From Dimorphilus gyrociliatus (Eukaryota > Animalia > Annelida): a stretch of DNA of 64,000 nucleotides. The translations under genes and the position numbers were made by a program. A model generated the notes under the pieces. It was not told the DNA's origin and made no database searches. It saw only the letters and a list, made by a program, of their open reading frames with translations. Below, piece after piece: positions 56,144 to 64,000 of this stretch. Within the stretch, counting starts at the first letter, position 1. The number at the start of each line of letters is the position of its first letter. The stretch spans positions 372,001-436,000 of the forward strand of contig CAJFCJ010000023.1 of the NCBI GenBank assembly GCA_904063045.1, read 5' to 3'.

Positions 56144-57461
56144 GTCGATTCTATTCAGCTAAAAAATTTTGTAGACTATAGAAGGCGACTATAACATCGT
56201 CGTTACTCCACTCTTTCTATCACTCTGTACAAACACCTGAGCGTAAATTTTCTGTTGCTATGGCTACCGGACAAACGTTTCACCTTGATAATCGATTCGA
56301 CGTTTATATCTTATTCTTTTTCCAGCTTTAAATCGTCTTTTTTAACGATATCAGAGCAAGCGACAGATTCTAGAAGTAAATGCTAATCAAGTATTGACCT
56401 GTGCATGCGCCTGACAAGTTTATTCATGTTTACCTGCTTTAGCAAAGCAACGATTGGTTGTTAAGAACGCCGTGGCGCTTTGTCGGCGTTGCTAAGAGGA
56501 TTGGTGTTATTTACCAGTTATTTCTTTTTGGCGCCAATTTTGAACAGTAATTTTTTTAAAAGTCATTCAACGTAAGGTAAATCGACCAATAGAAAACGAA
56601 CTTTCAGCGCCACCATTTTTGGCTCGCTATTTCTATTTTACTTTTGATCAGCTAATTAACATCATTGAGTAATTGATTATCGTTTTACAATGAGTAAAAA
56701 GCCATTCTTAACTGCTTCACCCTAGTTTTCAAAGCGTTTCCAAACCGATTCATTCGCCATCTACTGTATAAAAAATGTTGAATTTTCAAGAAAGAGGAGC
56801 AAGGCGAATGAAAGATTTTTTCAACGTGCATAACGTAATACTTGAAAAAATATCTAGAAGTTTCAAATATCAATTAGCATACATAGGTATTAATTTCATA
56901 TACGCAATATATTGTATAATAAATATATAGTTGATTGTATATACTAATAACAATAAACTTTGCAGTAGTCGTTGTTGAATAAACGAACTTTTACAAACGT
57001 GGGAAACGTCGGTGTATTTTTTTTTTATATAACTGCATACAGTAATGCAGTAGAGATATACTATATTTTATAAAGTATATACAGTATACATATACTAATA
57101 TATATACAAGTAAATAAATACTTTATTCATATATAAAATTTCATTTATTCGCACTAACTCGATACTAATGTATGTTTGTTTATATAGTAAAAATGCTCAG
57201 TAATCTAAGATAGGTTTGAAGATATTAAAAAAATTATGATAAAAATATATGCAATTAGCAGAAATCAATTAAAAGGAAATGCATAGCCAAAAGGCAAAAA
57301 GAGTAGAGCTAAAACAAAATTGTATGCATACAGGAAGCTAAGTCAGTTAGATAGTTTTAATAGTCTTTTTTCTCCTTTATAGATAAATTAATCTTTTTAA
57401 GATAAAAGGGAAAATTGATTGCAATTTAAAGAAAAGGCAAAATCAGAATATGAATTGAGCA

Positions 57462-58547
57462 TTATTGATACAAGTTAATTAATTTTATCCAATTGTCCCT
57501 TTTATAATCATTGTCACATTGTAATAAGACGGGTCTTAACGCTTTCCTTTTAATAACAACAACATGATTTTGCTTTGAACTAATCGATTCGTCGTTTACG
57601 TATTCCAGACAAACAGCTTCGCTCTCCTCTAAATTAATGACCTTCAGTGGTTTTTTATAATCGGTTTGTAAACTTTTTCCCGATGAATATAGACGAATTT
57701 CCTTAGGATCTTGAAACAACACAGCCTTCCTAACTCTCCAATTTCTTCTCCTATTACTCTTTATCCTGATTATGTCGATTAACAAGCTTTCCCTGTTACG
57801 GTCTAGATTGTCCTCGCTTTCATCACCAGAACTTGTAGAATCTGAAGGTTCTGTGCTACTCTCCAGTAAGGCAATCATCGATATTCTTCTTATACTGGAG
57901 ACGGCAGAAAATGCATACATTACAAAGTCTCTATCCTGGAAGTCCTTAGCTTTTTGCTGAGGCACAATTTGTTGAAAGTAGCCACCGGAAGTTAATTGTT
58001 GGCAGATATCAAAACCTTTTTGACGACTAGGAGCAAAATCCCAATTGAGTAGCCAATCGATTGCTTCCTTACCGCTAAAGCATCGGATATTATTTCTGTT
58101 TTTCAGTTGTAATCCGGCTGTTGGATCTTCCATTGAAACTAAAATTTCACTCAAGTTATAACCTAAATCTACTAAATTGTTGGCGTCGAAGGAACTCCTA
58201 GTTAATTCTCTGATAGCAGCGCCAATCAAGCTTAACCAGTAATTCTTCTCCGAATCAGATGCCGCTTGGAAGATTACAGATCTCTTCTTTTTTGATAGGA
58301 TGACTTTGAAAGTATTCTCCCTTTTCGTCTCGTTCTGATTGACATTTGAAACGCTACAATTGCTTAATATAATTCTAGAGCATAAATGCTTGCATCTTTT
58401 TCTATAATATTCTAGGCAATCCTCCTTGAGTATCGTCCATCTTGTTTTCCACCTTCCGGTTCGCTCATTCTTTTGATTTAAATAGCCCTGCTTAAGTACT
58501 ATAGAGGAAGACATGTCGATCGCGTTGTCCTCATTCTTAACTTGCAT
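57462..58547 (-). CDS. PLEK: Pleckstrin-like protein (PH-DEP-PH), single exon, 361 aa
   Basis: N-terminal PH (LKQGYLNQKN...WKTRWTILKEDCLEYY...EKNYWLSLI), central DEP (CFSGKEAIDWLL...FQDRDFVMYAF) and C-terminal PH (WRVRKAVL...RDNWIKLI). Confidence 0.85.
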   Translation of the reverse strand: MQVKNEDNAIDMSSSIVLKQGYLNQKNERTGRWKTRWTILKEDCLEYYRKRCKHLCSRIILSNCSVSNVNQNETKRENTFKVILSKKKRSVIFQAASDSEKNYWLSLIGAAIRELTRSSFDANNLVDLGYNLSEILVSMEDPTAGLQLKNRNNIRCFSGKEAIDWLLNWDFAPSRQKGFDICQQLTSGGYFQQIVPQQKAKDFQDRDFVMYAFSAVSSIRRISMIALLESSTEPSDSTSSGDESEDNLDRNRESLLIDIIRIKSNRRRNWRVRKAVLFQDPKEIRLYSSGKSLQTDYKKPLKVINLEESEAVCLEYVNDESISSKQNHVVVIKRKALRPVLLQCDNDYKRDNWIKLINLYQ

Positions 58548-58841
58548 GTTAGCAGATAATTCATGAAGACTTCATAAGCACTAATATCATTAACAAAGAC
58601 TTAATCAATCATATGAAATTATCAACACATTAGTTGATTCAAAGCTAGACTTAGGCCATCGTTGCTGCTAGACTTGCAGGCAATAATTTTGGCCTAGTTG
58701 TTATTGTATACACAGTAGATAATAACAATACGAGTCCAAAGAGTAACATGGAATAACAGAGAGCCAGATAGAGAGAGAGGGAGACAGAGAGAGCGAACAA
58801 AATTAGATATATAATAACCAAATGCCTAAAGAGCGACGGAC

Positions 58842-58847
<6 letters not shown>

Positions 58848-58886
<39 letters not shown>
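58848..58886. repeat. (GA)n microsatellite
   Basis: Direct reading of the sequence. Confidence 0.95.
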
Positions 58887-58892
<6 letters not shown>

Positions 58893-59756
58893 AAAAAGAC
58901 TGAAAAGCACAGTAAAATACAGACAAAGCAGAAATGTCTATATATATTTATATATGAGAAAATGTAAGAAATTTTCTTGTTAATTTCTGTCCAAAAGTTC
59001 TCTTCTACAACTCCAACATTTATTGAAAATAGTTAGCGATAATAAGGATTACTGAACCGAAAAATACATTCGTCTGCTATGAATTATGCCTATATTTTCA
59101 TTTGTAAAAAAAAGAGCAAGAGATGGAGCCACAATACAGATTATCATACAAGACTTGAATGTACAATGCGATTGAATGGAATTTAAGCCGATAATGGGCG
59201 TTAGTTGTAAATAAAAAAAATAGATAGATACTATATAAAATGAAAGAAAGAGAGGAAGAGAGAGAGAGAGAGATTTTTGTAATTTTTTTTATTATTTTTG
59301 TGGATGAACTGACAACACTTTAAAATTTGATTTGAACAACAATGAGGATAAATTAAATATATAAATACATTGAATAGTTTTCTCTAAAGTAAGAAGATAG
59401 CTTTAGAGAGAAGCCGATTTTTAAAATCGACTAAATATCCTAAAAATTATATCTTTAGACAAAAGAACGAACGATAAAACTTTTATAAATAAAGAATTAT
59501 TTATATTATAAACAAGTTCATATTGTATAATGTCTTCATTTAAAGGTTTACTTTAAATTATGAACAATATACAATATTCACTGTTTATATATATATATGT
59601 ATAATATCAGTATATAAATAAAGATAAACTCTCTGAGATCTAATTTCTAATTAATCTTATTCTTGTTTCATTCAAATATTTCTTCAACTTATGTAAGGGA
59701 TTTCAACTAATCCCTAAAACTTTGAACAACTAATTTAACTATCGTTCGCTAATAAT

Positions 59757-61247
59757 TCATTGGCCAACTGCCAGACTGGAATTAACTTGCGGCTTAATTC
59801 TAAGCCGATAAAGTTTATTGTAGCTCGGCATGTTGTCGTCTATAGCTTGTCGAACGTGTTTGGGGAGGTCGGGCATGATATTTGGACTCTTTGGCTTAGT
59901 TGCAGATGGTTGAAAAGTTGTACTTGTCAAAACCCCTTCAAACCACGGCATCCAATCCCTAGTTTAGCGTAAAAATAATATTAATACAATAACAACTAAG
60001 AAAGTTAAGATATTTGCAAAAAGAGCAGTAATTAAGCGTATAACATGACGTGGAGGGGGAGACAGAGGGGGATGAAGTGAGATAAAGGGATTGTTGAGTG
60101 AGAAAATGAATAAGAGATAGTGAGAGCGGGGGCGGGGTAGAGAAGGCGATATATATTCAAAAGAAGAAGTAGCCGTTTCGATCAAAGTACTTACTCAAAA
60201 ACATTCATATTTTGAGCTGTTTGCTCCCAATTCAACATTGATTCTTCATATTCCATTCCAACCTTTTCGCAGTATTGTTTGAGCAGAGAGTCTGAAAGAA
60301 AAAGACGAACGAATAAGAAAGTATGGATCAATAAACATAATTATCAGGCACTAGGCAAACGTGATTACAGCATAAAATCCATAAACGTCACCAAATGACT
60401 TATCTACGTGAATGATGGCCTAATAATTTTTCTTTGGTCATTTAATGTTACAGTTAAAAATTACCCGGATATTTTAATAGATCATCAGCATCTACGATTA
60501 TTGCCTGTTGTCCCAATTCTTCAGTAACCAAGTTGTAAACTTGAACAAGTTCTTTAAAACCCACTTCACTGGCGTCAAAATGATCCCAACCAGTTAATTC
60601 CTTGTTCAGTGACATTTTGTATAGGGAATAAACACTCTTTTGTGGATTCCTAATCAAAAAAGTATGTCGATAACCCTCGGGAATATAGTCTGCATGCTGG
60701 AGTCTGCCGACCAGGTAATAGGCCATATCCTTGACAAAAATGGAAGAGTATCCTTAAGATTGAAGAAACAATGCAAATTGAAATCAGGTGAAAATACGTG
60801 TAAAGCTCATCTTTTTTTTTGCATACTTACCAGGATATTCTTTTTCGCAAAGAGCCTTGATGTCCTTAAAGGTGCAATTGTCCTGCGTCGGCTCGTTTCT
60901 GTACCTAAGATGGAATTGTAAAGCTATTAGTGCTTTCTTTCTTGCCTTAATAAGGGAGAAAAGTAAAGTATTTATTGGGGGAAAAAACACCACACAAACC
61001 TGGAGCTAACACGCTCTGACGAGAAGTAATAAGCGCGCGAAAACGGCTCCAATAGCACCTGTTTGTTCATAAGTAGCAAGATATAATGTACTGTGGTTAG
61101 GGAGAATATCTCCATTAAGAATTTCTTTCTTACTTTGATGTCCTGTTTGTTCATCATGGCGCGAAAAAAGGCGGTTGAGATGGTACGGGGGGCGGCCCAC
61201 AAGAAGGCTCTCGACTGATGCTTCTTATTCAATGCTGTTGCGTTCAT
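59757..61247 (-). CDS. P-loop sulfotransferase-fold protein (~277 aa), of the type found as the N-terminal domain of BCAT-like proteins
   Basis: Exons 61247-61134, 61058-61000, 60904-60831, 60752-60465, 60291-60195 and 59958-59757 join in frame (834 nt). Motifs: LWAAPRTISTAFFRAM, VLLEPF, FVKDMAY, HTFLIRNPQKSVYSLY, IIVDADDL, YCEKVG...MLNW, WFEGV..STTF. Confidence 0.85.
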
Positions 61248-61819
61248 TTTGATTGAAGTAAGACGTTGATGCTGTCCGGAGAGTCTAAAAAGGATGCGGT
61301 TTGGATTAACACCGATAGAGTTGTTAAAAAGAGGAGGTATTAAAATGAGAAGAGGAAAAGGCGTTTCCCATCTTTCAGCTGTCACAGAATCCGTAATAAA
61401 TTAAAAAAAGAATTTAGTAAAGGTGGCGCTCCAGTACGAAAAAATTATTATAAATCAGAATCACTAGAGTATTTTTGAATGGAATAAATACAAGTTTCAA
61501 TTTCAAACGTTATATAAGAGCTATTAATCAACTTATACATATTGTTTATATAGCGGATTAACGTTGGCAATATCTTAAATTCTAACTATCACCTATCGAT
61601 ATGCATACAATGTATAAATTATATAATATCCAGTATATAATATATCTATACTGCCTTTAAATAGCTACACGTAAAAGTATTATATAAAACTTTCTCAATT
61701 TCTGTTTGCAAATTTGATGAGACGCAACCGGAAAAAATTTCCAACGCCTCATTACGAAACGTAAGCGCCGATTTTGAAAAGGTGTTCTTCGTCACGCATA
61801 CGACGCTAATTTTTGCAGA

Positions 61820-62362
61820 GGCGTCACTTTTGGAAAGCTCCCCCTATAACATTCCTCTAAAGATTCTCTATTTTTTTTTATACATACATATACTAATAGT
61901 AATCATTCCTTGCCACGTGACGCTCTCTCACAGTAGGCGCTTACTGATAGGCGTCATCTACTTATACACGTTGTAATGAGCTTAGCAAAAAAGACGCCTA
62001 TACGAAATTCGACCGGCGTCACTCCGTTTCGCAATCAACTTGTTCGATTGATGAGTTGTCAGGCGTTAGAACAATAACGTGAATTTTATTAATCGCTTTT
62101 TTTTCAACTTCCGAGAGGAGTGACAATGTCCTCGTTGATCGTTGATAAAGCGCTAATCCGATTAATGGATTATCTAAATTCGCTAATTCGTTTTGTCGAG
62201 CATTATGTATAATTATTAATATACTTCGACGTCGACAGTTTTTCTCACCTTATTCTAGAATTTTAAAAGGAACTTTTTCCTCCGATTGCGCTGGTCGAAC
62301 TGACGGCGTCTGAGAATGTGACGCCGTTCCTGATTGGTCTGCATACGAGACATCGACCAATC
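61820..62362. promoter_or_regulatory. CpG-rich patch with a homotypic GGCGTCA(C/T) cluster and inverted CCAAT boxes upstream of the sulfotransferase-like gene
   Basis: GGCGTCAC at 61820 and 62015, GGCGTCAT at 61950, GTGACGCC at 62318. GATTGGTC at 62332 and GACCAATC at 62355. Confidence 0.4.
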
Positions 62363-64000
62363 GTACGTTTCGATGCTTTTAGACGCCTTCGAAGCTCGTC
62401 GGAATGCGGCCGCCGTAGAAGTTTCTAACAAGCGGTATGTAGTCAAAGTTTTAATATAAGGGGTAAAATATCAAAATATAGTTTGCCAAGCATCTGGGGA
62501 AAAGTCCGTAGAATGTAAATGTAAAGTTTGATTGAGTAGCTTAATTAACCTGGCTTTTCTTCATTGCTTGCCATCTTTGGTTCCCTTGACAAACTTTTTT
62601 TAATAAACAAAAACGGAAAGGTTTGCCATCATATTTGAAAGGTAACCCTATATCAACACAATTCTCAATTACCGTTTCGTTAAAAGTATTGTAGCTGTTT
62701 GTTTTCTATACAAATTTTATTGTTTTCCTTCTGGTCTACTTGAATGTTTTGGTTAGGAAAAAAGCAAAAAGAGAGGGTAATGCTTTTTTTAAAAATGTAT
62801 CTTTTATATCTCTTTCCTCGCGTCTCTCCTCTCCCTTTTCTGTCCGCTTCTCTTTTTCTCTTTTTCCCTCTTTCTTTTTCGATCTATCTCTGTCTCGCTC
62901 ATTGTCGTGCTCCATCTTTGATGAGGGAGAAAAGACTAATTGTCGGATTATAACTTTAATATAGAATGGTATTTAATGCATTTTTTATATATCCTTTCCT
63001 TAATGATGAAGGACTTGCTTAAGATTAACTAAGTAGCTGAGGAATTTTCGTGTAGAGCAACGCGGGAATATCACAACCTGTCAGGTATACGTTCCCCAGA
63101 TTTACATCCATATCAAATCAGGGATAACGGTCTTCTTTTCAATCACGATTCTCATCAGACCTCTTCAAAGCTCCAGCGTAAATGAATATTCATTAGACCG
63201 ACAGAGAACGTGTAAATTCTCAACGTTTTCTTAATACGTTTTTATTTAGAAAGAAAATTATATAAATTCTTTGTTTTATTTTTACTAATCATTCATCAAA
63301 GCTCCTATTTCACTTGCACTTTCATTCACTCTATACTCTTTCGCTCTCTTGCTCTTTCACTCTTTTCTTCTTAGTCGGTTTCTTTGATTTATTGAACGGA
63401 GAAGTTTTATCTATATCTTTTTATCCAGCGTCTATTAAAAGATGAAATGATAAATAAACCAAATGGTCTGGCCCGTCTAAATCCTATTTCAACTTTTTTA
63501 GATATTTTCGTAAAGCAAAAGGAAAAAAAACATTACCAAACTAAAAATAGAAAGAGATATGCATTATTTTTCATACGTGGAATATATTAATTACATCCTT
63601 ACCGATCAGTCCTTTTGTATCCATTGTTCTTTTTCTCTCTCTAAAACAGTGGTTTCAGCGAAAAAACTACTACATAGCATACTTTTCCTCGCTGCCACTA
63701 TTCATATAGCTTCTGAGCGGAATATATCAATATTTTTACTTGTTTCAATACAAATAGAGATATACTTAGTTGTATATTAGACGACGTCGGCGTCTCTTTC
63801 TATCGCTCCACTTCCCTCCCTTTCTGGCTCTCTCTCTCATTAAAATTATTTTGAAAAGTCTCAGCTGTTAATTTTAAATTAAAGAAATAACGAGAAAAAA
63901 AACCAGTAAAATATTCTAACAAGCGTTTTTTCACTCTTTCTTTTTATTATATAGAAATAAAAAGTAAAGTAAAAAATAGAAAAGAAATAAACAGAATAAA

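Noticed and set aside
62255-62446. 63-aa Arg-rich minus-strand ORF
   Set aside because: Non-ATG start, an in-frame stop just upstream and no recognisable domain; explained by local GC/CpG richness.

Overview
AT-rich (roughly 30% GC by eye) genomic DNA from an animal with a compact genome: GT-AG introns, mostly 60-110 nt, and many AG/AT microsatellites. An invertebrate, probably lophotrochozoan, origin is my inference. I assembled gene models by hand, checking splice sites and exon phases. They are: a partial Ig-superfamily gene running off the left end; an atypical Id/Emc-like HLH gene; a very compact divergent 7TM ORF; a GT7 beta-1,4-Gal(NAc) transferase fused to a C-terminal PAN/Apple-like domain; a class A peptide-type GPCR; a ~1178 aa RS-rich/ZU5-like/tandem death-domain protein; an aristaless/Arx homeobox gene missed by the ORF track; two tandem small type I transmembrane collagen genes; kazrin; a WW-less protein with a YAP/FAM181-type TEAD-binding omega-loop motif; an intronless pleckstrin; and a sulfotransferase-fold (PRxxSTA) gene. 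I found no rRNA, tRNA, CRISPR array or recognisable transposase/reverse transcriptase. The most unusual items are the type I membrane collagen pair, the GT7-PAN fusion, the TEAD-motif protein and the RS-ZU5-DD-DD protein. All family assignments rest on motifs I recognise, not on database searches.
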